This document shows positions 1 to 9,565 of a stretch of DNA of 55,714 bases, in pieces; positions within the stretch are counted from its first letter, which is position 1; the number at the start of each line of letters is the position of its first letter. The DNA is from Acidobacteriota bacterium (GTDB lineage: Bacteria > Acidobacteriota > Terriglobia > Acidiferrales > 2-02-FULL-67-57): NCBI GenBank assembly GCA_016210855.1, contig JACQTJ010000021.1, positions 1 to 55,714 of the forward strand, in the 5' to 3' direction. The notes below the pieces were generated by a model. The model saw nothing but the letters and a program-made list of their open reading frames with translations. It was not told where the DNA came from and searched no databases. The translations under genes and the position numbers were made by a program.

Positions 1-121
1 CACTCTACCTCACTTGGTGGACGAATCCCTCGGCCAACCGCGCTGCGAGCCACCTGGCCCGCAAGCGGGCAATCAGTTATTCTACACCCGGCCGTTTCCC
101 CCCGCCAACCCCTGCTTCCTC

Positions 122-285
122 TGTCATCCTGAGCGAAGTCCCTCGTCTGTCGCTCGGGACGGTGAGCGAAAGTCGAACCGCGAAGGATCTCAGCGGTGCC
201 AGCGGCTCGGCTGAGATTCCTCGACTCTGCCCGCCTGGTTGTTGCTGAACGGCTTCGCGGAGAACGGGCTTCGCTCGGAATGACA
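122..285. repeat. TGTCA-tagged palindromic repeat doublet with nested hairpin inserts
   Basis: TGTCATCCTGAGCG...GAAGGATCTC and inverted partner GAGATTCCTCG...GCTCGGAATGACA. Confidence 0.85.
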
Positions 286-294
286 GAAGGGGAA

Positions 295-330
295 CTACTC
301 GTAGGCGAGGGCGATGATGGCGTCCTCGAT
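295..330 (-). pseudogene. Orphan second copy of the 3' end of the ABC permease gene
   Basis: Encodes IEDAIIALAYE* versus RQDAIVALAYE* at 378-413. Confidence 0.7.
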
Positions 331-377
331 GCGCAGCCAATCGAAGGGAGCCGAGCCGAAGGGTGCGCAGGCGGCTC

Positions 378-1484
378 TTATTCGTAGGCCAGGGCCACAA
401 TCGCATCCTGTCTTGCCGCCAGCCAGGCCGGGTACACCGCCCCCAGCACCCCGCCCACGGCCGCCAGCAGGCCCGCCTTCGCCAGCCAGCCGACGGTGAT
501 GAGGATGGTGAGGGTGGGGAACATTTCTTTGAGCAGGGCGCGGCTGCCGTAGCTGAAGCCCACCCCAATCGCCACTCCCGCCGCGCACAGCAGCAGCGAC
601 TCCCGCAGCACCAGACCGATGATGTCCGCCTTCGACGCCCCGAGCGACTTCAAGATCCCGATCTCGCGCGTCCGCTCGAGTATGGTGGTGTACATGGAGA
701 GGAAAATCACCAGGAAACCCACCACCACGGCCAGGGCGATCATCGAGTCCACGAACGCATCCAGCCCCGGCAGCTGCGACGACGTCATCATCGTCAAGTA
801 TTCCTTGAGCGGCCGCAGCTGGTGGCGCGGGAAGAGCTGGCGGATCTCTTCGGCCACCGCTTCGGTGTTCTTGGGGTCGTCGCAGCGGATGTAGAAGATG
901 GAGGCCTTGTCGTGGGCGGCCGAGAGCTCTTGGAGCTTCTCAATGGGCACGAACAGCCGGGCCCCTTTGCCGTGCTCGACGATACCCCGCACCGTGAAGT
1001 CGTTTTCGAACAGCCGCAATCTCTCCCCCACTTTCAGGTTCTTCGCGGCCGCGTACCAGTCGTCCACCAGGATGTCGGCCGGCTCTGCGAAGGGCCCCCC
1101 GGCGTGGTAGGCGAAGCCCTTGCTGACCGCCTCGAAGCTTTCGAGCTCAATCCCATACACCATGTCGAGCCCGCCCGAGGTGTTGAACTGCAAGAGCACC
1201 GGGGCCACGGCCGCCACGTGCGGCACCTGCTCAAGCTTCTCTTTGATCTTGATGGACATCGGGGCCCCGCTGAAGGCCATCAGGAAGCTGGCCGCCGGCG
1301 GCTGGAGCATCAGGTCGGCGCCTACGCCTTCGATGCGCTTGGCGGTCTCGTGCAGCAGGCCCGTGGTCAGCCCCACGATGATCACCACCAGGCAGACCTC
1401 CACCCCCACCGCCACCACCGTGATCAGGGTGCGCAGCGGCCGGTGCAGCAGGTTCCCCACCAGCATGGCCCGCAGGGCGTTCAT
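378..1484 (-). CDS. ABC transporter permease, MacB/FtsX family
   Basis: N-terminal TM, periplasmic domain, ERTREIGILKSLGA motif, C-terminal TMs, PAWLAA. Confidence 0.9.
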   Translation of the reverse strand: MNALRAMLVGNLLHRPLRTLITVVAVGVEVCLVVIIVGLTTGLLHETAKRIEGVGADLMLQPPAASFLMAFSGAPMSIKIKEKLEQVPHVAAVAPVLLQFNTSGGLDMVYGIELESFEAVSKGFAYHAGGPFAEPADILVDDWYAAAKNLKVGERLRLFENDFTVRGIVEHGKGARLFVPIEKLQELSAAHDKASIFYIRCDDPKNTEAVAEEIRQLFPRHQLRPLKEYLTMMTSSQLPGLDAFVDSMIALAVVVGFLVIFLSMYTTILERTREIGILKSLGASKADIIGLVLRESLLLCAAGVAIGVGFSYGSRALLKEMFPTLTILITVGWLAKAGLLAAVGGVLGAVYPAWLAARQDAIVALAYE

Positions 1485-2416
1485 TCCGTTTTCCTGGCTG
1501 CGGCCGCGTCGTCGTTGAGCTCCACCAGCTCCACTCCGGCTGGCCTCTCGAGCTCGAACCGCTCCGCCGGCAGGGGCTGGTTGAGCTTGAGCTCCTTCAC
1601 CAGCAGCTTCAGTCGGTAGTCTTCCTGCGGCCGCACCAGCTCGATTTCGCGCGGGTAGCTCACCCCGTCAGTCTTGCCCCAGCCGTGGTAGTGGACGTCG
1701 GCCAGGAGTCGCCCCTCGGCGTCAAAGCGCTGCGCCCGCACCAGGCTGAGGTCGGTGCGGTCGAACCACCATTTGCGGCTGAGCTGCCAGATGGGGTAGC
1801 GCGCCTCCGGGGAATCCTCCGGCTGGGCCATCTCCGTCACCGCGTAGTACCGCCGGCCGGCGAACTCGTTTTCTTCCAGAAACAGCAGGGCCAGCGGTTG
1901 CCGCTGGGGCGCGGAGAGAAACAGGGCCTCGAGCAGGTGCTGCGGGCGCAGGTTCTCAATGGGCTTCTCGCTCCGCCGCGCCAGGCGTGTCGGCCCCACG
2001 ATGAACTTGTTCTTGGTGGGGAGAAAGATGCGGAACTCGCGATCGTCGGCCGCCATGTCGAAGATGTTCTTGCGGACGAGAGGCGCCTGCCCGATCACGC
2101 GGATGTGATGGCGGTTGGCCGCTCCCTCCGGCCGGCGCTCGGCCAGCACGAAGGCGCGCACGTCGTGGTACTCCTCGATGACGCCGCTATAGGCCGAGCC
2201 GGTCGAGGGCACAAGCTCCGTCTGGGCGTTGATGAAGGTCACGGCCTCGGCTTGCTGCCGGAGCCGCCCCACCAGCTCTTCGAGCGTGGCGGTCCGGAGC
2301 GTCAGAACTTTCTCGGCCGGCAGCCGTTCGGTCTTCTTCACCCCGCAGCCCCCCAGCCCGAGCAGGGGGAGACTGCACAGCGCCAGCGTGGCCAGCTTGA
2401 GGCTCTTTCCCGGCAC
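1481..2416 (-). CDS. Lipoprotein, probable LolA/LolB-like fold
   Basis: Lipobox-like LGLGGC; C-terminal YPREIELVRP...LNQPLPAERFEL; 4-nt overlap with permease. Confidence 0.6.
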   Translation of the reverse strand: MPGKSLKLATLALCSLPLLGLGGCGVKKTERLPAEKVLTLRTATLEELVGRLRQQAEAVTFINAQTELVPSTGSAYSGVIEEYHDVRAFVLAERRPEGAANRHHIRVIGQAPLVRKNIFDMAADDREFRIFLPTKNKFIVGPTRLARRSEKPIENLRPQHLLEALFLSAPQRQPLALLFLEENEFAGRRYYAVTEMAQPEDSPEARYPIWQLSRKWWFDRTDLSLVRAQRFDAEGRLLADVHYHGWGKTDGVSYPREIELVRPQEDYRLKLLVKELKLNQPLPAERFELERPAGVELVELNDDAAAARKTE

Positions 2417-2531
2417 CGGTCCCTTCAGTCAATTCATCGCGCTGCGGCCAATCCTTCACTCTACCCGACCGCTTCGAAAACGGTCAATCGGATTCGCTGC
2501 GCACGCCGGATCAGCAGACTCGGCGGCGCCC

Positions 2532-4340
2532 CTACAAGGGTCGGACGGCCAGCAGGACGTCGAGGGCCAGCAATCCAGCGGCGCGCAGCCAGGCCCAGCG
2601 GGGCTTTGAGGCTTCGCAGAGGAGGTGGCCCAGGGGGCGTGGCTCGGCAGAGCCCCTCTCGGCTTTGGCCGCCCGCCACCGTACCGGCACCGCCAGCCCG
2701 TCACCGGCTCCGGGGTCGGTCGCGAGCGCCCCGAGGAGGCGGTGGCGTGCCTGGGTGAGCCCGTAGCTGGTGAGCATCCCCTGCCAGCCGAGCTGCGGGG
2801 CCACCAGGAAGCCCGACTGCCAGCGCTGCCCGGGCAGGTAGCTCCGTTCCAGGCCTACCAGCGGCAGCCAGCTCCGCCGCGGGGCGAGCGACAACGCTCG
2901 CAGGGCCGGCTGGGAGAAGACGAGCAGGCTGAACGTGGCGGTGTAGGTTGAAAGCTCGAGTGGCCCGCGGCCCCAGGCGGGCAGCCGCGACCCGATCGAG
3001 AACTGCAAGGGGCCGGCCAGGCTGAGCGGCCCGAGCGGGCCGGCGAGCGTCCAGCGGCCGCGCGGCTTCTCCCGCAACCAAAGGGTCAGGTGCACGAGAC
3101 GCTTCTCCGGGTCGAGCCCGGCCACGACGTCGCCCTCAGTCAGGGGCTCGAACAGCCCGGTCTCATTCAACCGGGCTAGGCCGCGTCGCAGGGCGGCGCG
3201 GTCGAACCACTCGCCTTCCTCGAGGGGCAGGGCGCGCCGCAGGGTGAGGTCGCTGACGGCGTGGTGGCCGCGGAACTCGATTCGTCCCAGCGTGTAAGGC
3301 GGGCCCGCCTCGGCGGCTGAGGTCAAGTTGACCCAATGGTCGCCCGACGGCAGACTCTCAGCCGGGCTGGCTGGCTGAGAGGGTTCGACCTCCACGCGGG
3401 CCGCGAAGTTCAGGGCGCCCTGGTGCTCTGAGCTTTCCTGGGCTTCGAGCAGGGAGCGGCACAGCGCCTGGGCCGGATAGTTGCCTTCGACGTCGGGGGC
3501 GAGCTCCTCGGTCGGGCTCGCTCCGGCCACCTCGACGCCGCTGACTCGGTAGCGCGGCCCCGCCTCTACGGCATACGTAATCGTCGCTTTGTCCTCTGCG
3601 AAGTCCACGCCGGCAAGAGACACCCGGGCGTCGAAGTACCCTCGGGAGAGATAGAAGGATTGCAGTCGTACCAGGTCGGCCTCGACGCCTTGCTGGCTGA
3701 ACGCCGGGTGCAACCGCCAGCCGCCCCACAGCCCGGGCACCCCGGGCAGCAGCCGCCTGATCCGCGTCGCCAGGAGCGTCCCCTGCAACTCGCCGGACTT
3801 CATCTCCGGGCTGCCGGAAAACCGCACTTCCTCGACGCGGTAGGCCGGGCCGGGCTCCACGCGCAGGCGCAAGTCGGCTGCTTGGAAGCCAACCGGAATC
3901 AGCTCGGCCGCCACCGCGGCGTCGCGATGGCCTTCTTCGACGAGTTGTCGCCGCAGGGCCGCGGCCACTTGTCGGGCCCACACCGCGTCCACCGGCGCCC
4001 CGGGCTTGAGGCCGAGTGGGCGCCGCTCGCGGGCTGGCTCGAACTCGACCCGCCGCAGGTAGAGCCGAGGCCGCTCGGCCAGGGTGAAGACCAGCTGGAG
4101 TCCCTCCGGGCTTTCTGTGCTCTCGACGTGGATGTCTTCGAACTGGCCGGTGGCCCACAGGCGCCGCAGGTCGCGCTCGAGCCCGGCGCGGTCGAGCCCC
4201 TGCCCGGCGTGGGTTTCAAGCTCGACACCCCGGGTGTGGCCGCGCACCTGAAGGGTTTGAATGAAGGGTTCCTCCCCGCGGCAGGGGAGCAAGGAAAGAA
4301 GCCCGAAGAGCAAAGTCGCGCTGCCGATTGTGGTTCGCAT
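2532..4340 (-). CDS. POTRA-repeat protein (BamA-like N-terminus, short atypical C-terminus)
   Basis: Signal peptide; POTRA motifs DLRRLWATGQFEDI, FYLSRGYFDARV, LARLNETGLFE; start placed at ATG 4340. Confidence 0.75.
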   Translation of the reverse strand: MRTTIGSATLLFGLLSLLPCRGEEPFIQTLQVRGHTRGVELETHAGQGLDRAGLERDLRRLWATGQFEDIHVESTESPEGLQLVFTLAERPRLYLRRVEFEPARERRPLGLKPGAPVDAVWARQVAAALRRQLVEEGHRDAAVAAELIPVGFQAADLRLRVEPGPAYRVEEVRFSGSPEMKSGELQGTLLATRIRRLLPGVPGLWGGWRLHPAFSQQGVEADLVRLQSFYLSRGYFDARVSLAGVDFAEDKATITYAVEAGPRYRVSGVEVAGASPTEELAPDVEGNYPAQALCRSLLEAQESSEHQGALNFAARVEVEPSQPASPAESLPSGDHWVNLTSAAEAGPPYTLGRIEFRGHHAVSDLTLRRALPLEEGEWFDRAALRRGLARLNETGLFEPLTEGDVVAGLDPEKRLVHLTLWLREKPRGRWTLAGPLGPLSLAGPLQFSIGSRLPAWGRGPLELSTYTATFSLLVFSQPALRALSLAPRRSWLPLVGLERSYLPGQRWQSGFLVAPQLGWQGMLTSYGLTQARHRLLGALATDPGAGDGLAVPVRWRAAKAERGSAEPRPLGHLLCEASKPRWAWLRAAGLLALDVLLAVRPL

Positions 4341-4368
4341 GGCCGGTTCTTGGAAAGATGCTCCGGTC

Positions 4369-5445
4369 CTACCTCGGGTTGCCGTTCGACCCGGCTTTGC
4401 GCTCCTGCCGGGCGCGGAGCCGGCGGTAGCGGGCCACGTTGCGCTCGTGCTCGGCGCCGGTGCGGGCGAAGTCGTGCCCGCCGCGGGTGTTGCTGACAAA
4501 GTAGAGGAAGTCGGACCGGGGCGGATTCAGGACGGCTTCGAGCGCCGCCCGCCCGGGATTGGCGATGGGGCCGGGGGGCAGGCCCGCATAGAGATACGTG
4601 TTGTAGGGTGATTTACGCTCGAGGTCGGAGACGTTGATGACGCCGTCGAACTGCCCGCGGGCCGCCAGCCGGGCGGCGTAGATGACGGTGGGGTCGCATT
4701 GCAGTGGCAGCCGCCGCTCCAGGCGGTTGTAAAACACCGCTGCAATCAGGCCGCGCTCCTGCGGCACACCCGTCTCCTTCTCGACCAGCGAGGCCAGGGT
4801 CACGAGTCGGTGCGTGGTCAGGGTCCCCCCCGGCCCGGCTGGCAGGCGGGAGTCGGCGCCGCGCTCCCGCAGCGCCCCGTATACCTGCCGGAAGTGCTCA
4901 ACCATGCTGCGGGCCATGGCCGCTGGGTCCGCGGGCCGGGCGAAGTGGTAAGTGTCCGGGAAAAGATAGCCTTCGAGAGTCGTCGCCTCCGGGGCTAGGT
5001 CGCGGATGAGATCGGGCTTCTCCGCCGCGTGGAGGAAAGCCTGGCGCGAGGCCAGCTGCAGGCGCTCCACCTCGGCGGCGATGTCCCAGCGGGTGTAGCC
5101 CTCGGGTATGGTGAGGGGGTAGAGATGCACCTCGCCCCGGGCGAGCTTCGCGAATACCCCGGCGGCGCTGACCGGGCGGTCAAAGACGTACTCGCCGGCC
5201 TTGAGGGTCCGGTGTGGCTGGGCGTAGGCGTACAGCAGGAACGGCCAGCGGGAGGGGAGCACGCCCTGGGCCGCGAGCCGGTCGGCGATGGCGCGGCGGC
5301 CAAGCCCCTGCTCGATTACCACCACCGCCTGGCCGCTGTAGCCCTGGTAGGGCCAGAGCAGCAGCGCCGCCACCCCGGCCACCGCCGCCAGCAGGGCCAG
5401 CCCGATGCGGCGTCCGAGCGACGGTCTGGAAAAGCGGTCTGGCAT
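4369..5445 (-). CDS. mltG: Endolytic transglycosylase MltG
   Basis: LEGYLFPDTY, ASLVEKET, SPYNTY, GLPPGPIANPG. Confidence 0.95.
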   Translation of the reverse strand: MPDRFSRPSLGRRIGLALLAAVAGVAALLLWPYQGYSGQAVVVIEQGLGRRAIADRLAAQGVLPSRWPFLLYAYAQPHRTLKAGEYVFDRPVSAAGVFAKLARGEVHLYPLTIPEGYTRWDIAAEVERLQLASRQAFLHAAEKPDLIRDLAPEATTLEGYLFPDTYHFARPADPAAMARSMVEHFRQVYGALRERGADSRLPAGPGGTLTTHRLVTLASLVEKETGVPQERGLIAAVFYNRLERRLPLQCDPTVIYAARLAARGQFDGVINVSDLERKSPYNTYLYAGLPPGPIANPGRAALEAVLNPPRSDFLYFVSNTRGGHDFARTGAEHERNVARYRRLRARQERKAGSNGNPR

Positions 5446-5921
5446 CAGGACTCAGCCGGCGCAGGGTTTTTTTCGCGAGCCGCGCGGGCAGTCTGGTGCT
5501 CGAGGTAGCTTTCGAGGATGAGCGTGGCGGCCAGGCGGTCCACGGCGTCTTTGCGCTGGGCGCGCGTCCCGAACCGTCGGGACCCGGCGGCGCGCAGCCG
5601 CTGTTCGGCCTCCCAGGAGGTGAGGCGCTCGTCGAAGAGCTCAACCGGCAGGCGCAGCTCGCGTCGCAGCCAGTCGGCGAAGCGGGCCGCTTGCTGCGCC
5701 CGGGCCCCGGCATAGCCCTTGAGGTGCAAGGGGTGGCCCACCACGATGCGCTCGACCTCGATCGCTTCCACCAGTTCCCGGAGACGCTTGAGGTCGGCGC
5801 GCCGGTTCGTGCGCCGCAGCGTCGGCAAGCCCTGCGCGCCGAGCCCCAACGCGTCGGTCACCGCCAGGCCGATGTTCTTGCTCCCCAGGTCAATCGCCAG
5901 GATGCGTCCGCTGCTCTTCAC
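5445..5921 (-). CDS. ruvX: YqgF/RuvX family nuclease
   Basis: ILAIDLGSKNIGLAVTD, DERLTS, VDRLAATLILESYL; GTG start at 5921. Confidence 0.92.
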   Translation of the reverse strand: MKSSGRILAIDLGSKNIGLAVTDALGLGAQGLPTLRRTNRRADLKRLRELVEAIEVERIVVGHPLHLKGYAGARAQQAARFADWLRRELRLPVELFDERLTSWEAEQRLRAAGSRRFGTRAQRKDAVDRLAATLILESYLEHQTARAAREKNPAPAES

Positions 5922-6198
5922 CCGCCCATTATAGGGAGCGCTCTCGCGGGGTGTCCAGCCACGCTGAGGAAGGGTTCCCGTCCGTTCCCTGGATGGCCTT
6001 CCCATGCGTTCGAATGTCTTCTGAACGCAGAACGCATGGCGGGCCAGGAGGGAATGCCTTCCCCCCACAGCCCGGCGCTGAACGCCAGGGCGGTCTGCGG
6101 TGTCTCAACAGGTGAACCCGCCGGGCCCTGCAACTTTTCCCGGCCAGCCGGGTTTGACCCCAGCAGCGGGGGAGTCGAGGTTCAAGGAGGAGAAGCCA

Positions 6199-6756
6199 AT
6201 GAAACCAGGACGAGTGCTTATCAGCCTGCTCGTGGCCGCCGTGGTGTTCGCCGGGGTGGCGACGCTCCCGGCCGCTGCGGCCGAGAAGAGAGGGCAGGGG
6301 TCGGTGCCGCAGGTCCCCGAGATTCCGACCAGCGACTTGCCGCCGTCTCTCGAGATTCCATTCGTGGCCCAGGCCCTGGCGACCGAGGAGGGCCCGGAGT
6401 ACGCCTTGCGCGTGGTGGCGGCCTTTCTGGAGTTGACCGACGAGCAGGTGGCTTCCCTGACCACGCTGCTCGAGCAGCGGAACGAGGCCATCGCGCCCCT
6501 GAGCGAGGAGATCCGGGAGCGCCAGCAGCAAATCGCCGAGCAATTCGACTCCGGAGCCCCCGACCCCGCCACCATCGGCCAGCTGGTGATTGAGGTCCAC
6601 CAGTTCAGGCAGCTCATCCACCAGGCCCAGCAGAGTTTCCTCGAAAGCTTCACCAGCCTGCTCAACGAGGAGCAGCAGCGCCGCTACCAGGCCATCCGCA
6701 TGGCCGAGCGCTTGCAGCGCTTCCTGCCGGCCTTTGCGAGGCTGCGCCTGATTTAG
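6199..6756 (+). CDS. Periplasmic Spy/CpxP-like helical protein
   Basis: AGGAGG SD; signal peptide; LELTDEQ...LLNEEQQ repeats. Confidence 0.7.
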   Translation: MKPGRVLISLLVAAVVFAGVATLPAAAAEKRGQGSVPQVPEIPTSDLPPSLEIPFVAQALATEEGPEYALRVVAAFLELTDEQVASLTTLLEQRNEAIAPLSEEIRERQQQIAEQFDSGAPDPATIGQLVIEVHQFRQLIHQAQQSFLESFTSLLNEEQQRRYQAIRMAERLQRFLPAFARLRLI

Positions 6757-6876
6757 CCCAGAACCCCCCGAAGCGCAGCCGACGGGCGCCCCTACGGGCG
6801 CCTGTCTCCTTTCCTCGCCTCTGGGGTGTATACTGGCACCCACGTCAGTTTCAATCACTGCTTCCCGGAGGGCACG

Positions 6877-8214
6877 ATGAGGCCTTCACGGACTCTCCTG
6901 CGGCTCGCGGCTTTGTTGAGCCTGTTTTTGATGGCGGGTTTGGTCGCGGCGGCGCAGCAGCCGTCGCCGCCCGCTCCTGCCCAGCCGGCTCAGCCGCCGG
7001 CCGCGGAAAAACAGGTGAAGGAGTACACTCTGACCCCGGAGAAGTACGAGCAGGCCATCGCCTACTCGCGGGCGCAATACCAGCTCTACTTCATCGGCTT
7101 CGTCTACGGCCTCGCCATCCTGCTCGTAGTTTTGCTCGCCCGGCTGGCGCCGAGGTTCCGCGACTGGGCCGAGCGCGCCTCCCAGCGCCGCGTTATCCAG
7201 GTGATTATTTTCGCCCCTCTCCTCCAGTTGGCCCTGGGCGTGTTGGGCCTGCCTACCGACATCTACGGCCATTGGCTTTCTCTCCGCTACGACCAGTCGG
7301 TGCAAGGCTGGGGCTCCTGGTTTTGGGACTACACCAAAGCCGGACTGATTGGGTTGGTCATTGGGACGTTTCTCATCTGGATTCTTTATGGGGTCGTTCG
7401 CCGCAGCCCGCGTCGCTGGTGGTTCTACTTCTGGCTGGCCTCGCTGCCCATCCTGGTGTTTCTGCTCTTCATCGCCCCGGTGGTCATCCATCCGTTGTTC
7501 TTCAAGTTCGAGCCGCTGGAGAAGACGCAGCCGGCGCTGGTGACGGAGATTGAAAAGGTCGTCGAGCGCGGCGGGCTCACCATCCCGCGCGACCGCATGT
7601 TCGAGATGAAAGCGAGCGAGAAGCTCAAGTCCGTGAGCGCCTACCTCACCGGCTTCGGAGCCTCGAAGCGCGTCGTGGTCTGGGACACGACCATCGGCAA
7701 GATGACCGTGCCCCAGACGCTTTTCGTCTTCGGGCACGAGATGGGCCACTACGTCCTCGGCCACATCCCCAAGCGCATCGCCTTCATCGCCGTGGTCCTG
7801 CTGGTATGCCTCTTCCTGGGCTACCGGGGGATGCACTGGGCCCTGGGACGCTGGGGGGAGCGCTGGGGCGTCCGCGGGGTGGACGACTGGGCCTCGCTGC
7901 CGGTGCTGATGCTTCTCCTGTCCCTGTTCGGCTTTTTGTTCTCTCCCGCCGGCAGCAGCTACAGTCGCTGGCAGGAGCACCAGGCCGACGTCTACGGGTT
8001 GGAGGTGATTCACGGGCTCGTGCCCGAGTCGGGCCGGGTGGCGGGCGAAGCCTTCCAGATTCTGGGCGAGATCAACCTGGCCGACCCCGAGCCAAGCACG
8101 TTCATCAAGGTCTGGCTCTACAGCCACCCGCCGCTCAACGAGCGCATTGTCTTCGCCCAGGCCTACGACCCCTGGGGGAAAGGCGAGAAGCCCCAGTTCG
8201 TCCCGGCGCAGTAA
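6877..8214 (+). CDS. M48 (Ste24-like) membrane zinc metalloprotease
   Basis: HEMGH, EHQAD, SHPPLNERI; multiple TMs. Confidence 0.92.
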   Translation: MRPSRTLLRLAALLSLFLMAGLVAAAQQPSPPAPAQPAQPPAAEKQVKEYTLTPEKYEQAIAYSRAQYQLYFIGFVYGLAILLVVLLARLAPRFRDWAERASQRRVIQVIIFAPLLQLALGVLGLPTDIYGHWLSLRYDQSVQGWGSWFWDYTKAGLIGLVIGTFLIWILYGVVRRSPRRWWFYFWLASLPILVFLLFIAPVVIHPLFFKFEPLEKTQPALVTEIEKVVERGGLTIPRDRMFEMKASEKLKSVSAYLTGFGASKRVVVWDTTIGKMTVPQTLFVFGHEMGHYVLGHIPKRIAFIAVVLLVCLFLGYRGMHWALGRWGERWGVRGVDDWASLPVLMLLLSLFGFLFSPAGSSYSRWQEHQADVYGLEVIHGLVPESGRVAGEAFQILGEINLADPEPSTFIKVWLYSHPPLNERIVFAQAYDPWGKGEKPQFVPAQ

Positions 8215-8230
8215 AGGCGGGGCGGCCGAC

Positions 8231-8590
8231 CTAGATAAGGCGGCGGTGCCAGTATTCCCGGAAGGAGGCCACCTGCTCGCCCTCGAATTCGGCCAGTAGG
8301 ATGCCGCGCAGTTCCCGCCGCTCTCCGCTCGGGACGTGCGCATAGCGGGCGCCCCACTCGGCGATTACGGTGTTGCCGACCAGGTGGGGCTCGCGCATCA
8401 GCACATCAATGTCCTTCTGCTGGGCGGTGGCCCCCTGCCAGTAGGTGCGGATGCCCTGGCGGCCGACGATGGGCTCGTCGAAGGGGTCTTCGTGGTAGAG
8501 GGCCTGGTCGGTGAAGAGGCTGGCGGCCAAGTCGGGGTCGCGGCTCTCCCAGGCCCGGGCGTAGGTTTCCAAGAACTTCTTGGCGTTCAT
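8231..8590 (-). CDS. NTF2/SnoaL-like protein
   Basis: YARAWESRD, LFTDQALY, GRQGIRTYW, FREYW. Confidence 0.85.
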   Translation of the reverse strand: MNAKKFLETYARAWESRDPDLAASLFTDQALYHEDPFDEPIVGRQGIRTYWQGATAQQKDIDVLMREPHLVGNTVIAEWGARYAHVPSGERRELRGILLAEFEGEQVASFREYWHRRLI

Positions 8591-9231
8591 TTCCTCCTTG
8601 CCTCCTCTTTTTGTCCGGCGCGCAGTTGCCGAACGGTTTCCGCAAGGTCGGAACTGGTTTGAAACAGGGAGATGGCGGCCAGGCCGGCGGCCCCAGTCTG
8701 GAGGCAGGCGGCGGCGTTGGCGAGCGTGATGCCGCCCAGAGCCAGCACCGGAATCCCGACGGCCCGGACCGCTTCGGCAAGTTTCTCGAGCCCGAGCGGC
8801 GGCCCGTAGGCTCGCTTGGAGGCGGTTTCATAGACGGGGCCAAAGACGGCGAAGTCGGCCCCGCCCTCTTCGGTGCGGCGCAGCTCCTTCAAGTTGTGGC
8901 AGGACGCGCCCAGGAGCAAATCCGGGTAGTGCTGGCGCAGCTCGGCCACGGGAAAACCCTGGGTGGGCAGATGCACGCCCGCCTGGGCGGCCAGGGCCAC
9001 GTCCAGGCGGTCGTTGACGAGGATCCGAGAGGGGCGGCCGCGGGCGCGCCCCACGGCGCTCTCCACCAGGCCCAGCAGGGCGCGGGTGTCGAGGTCGCGC
9101 TCGCGAATCTGGATGAGCTCAACCTCGGCGGCAATGGCCCGCCCGATGATCGGCAGAACATCCTCGGCAGGCGCAGTCCGGCGGTCGGTGATGTAGTAGA
9201 GCAGGGGGCGGGTCTCAGGCAGTCTGGCCAC
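8587..9231 (-). CDS. thiE: Thiamine phosphate synthase family (ThiE/TenI)
   Basis: LYYITD, QIRERD, LVNDRLDVA, GASCH, VLALGGIT; start approximate. Confidence 0.82.
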   Translation of the reverse strand: MARLPETRPLLYYITDRRTAPAEDVLPIIGRAIAAEVELIQIRERDLDTRALLGLVESAVGRARGRPSRILVNDRLDVALAAQAGVHLPTQGFPVAELRQHYPDLLLGASCHNLKELRRTEEGGADFAVFGPVYETASKRAYGPPLGLEKLAEAVRAVGIPVLALGGITLANAAACLQTGAAGLAAISLFQTSSDLAETVRQLRAGQKEEARRK

Positions 9232-9538
9232 GGCGAACCGAGCCCCGGTCGCCCTCAATTCCGGCCCCCGCTGCGGGGCCGGACGGGGAAGCGGCGAGCA
9301 AGACATCGAGCACTTCCCGGAAGTGGGCGACGTACCAGGCCCCCAGGCCGATGTCGACCAGACCCAACCCCGAGAGGGCACCGCGCAGGTAGTGGTTCAG
9401 CAGCCAGGGCGACAGGCCGGGGAAGCGCAGCAGGAAGTAGTTGTGTTCCCAGAGCGACGTCCAGGGGAGCACCACCAGGAAAACGCCCAACTCCAGGCAA
9501 AACAATATCAGCGACAGGAGAAAAAGGCGGGAAATCAT
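9215..9538 (-). CDS. Small hypothetical membrane protein
   Basis: Two hydrophobic segments; operonic position. Confidence 0.7.
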   Translation of the reverse strand: MISRLFLLSLILFCLELGVFLVVLPWTSLWEHNYFLLRFPGLSPWLLNHYLRGALSGLGLVDIGLGAWYVAHFREVLDVLLAASPSGPAAGAGIEGDRGSVRRGQTA

Positions 9539-9565
9539 CTCACCCGCCGGCTGTTGGGAACGGCA

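Noticed and set aside
363-1619. 418-aa plus-strand ORF and similar long antisense ORFs (e.g. 32794-35178, 43665-45599, 52773-54482)
   Set aside because: Shadow frames of well-supported opposite-strand genes in high-GC DNA; no recognisable motifs.
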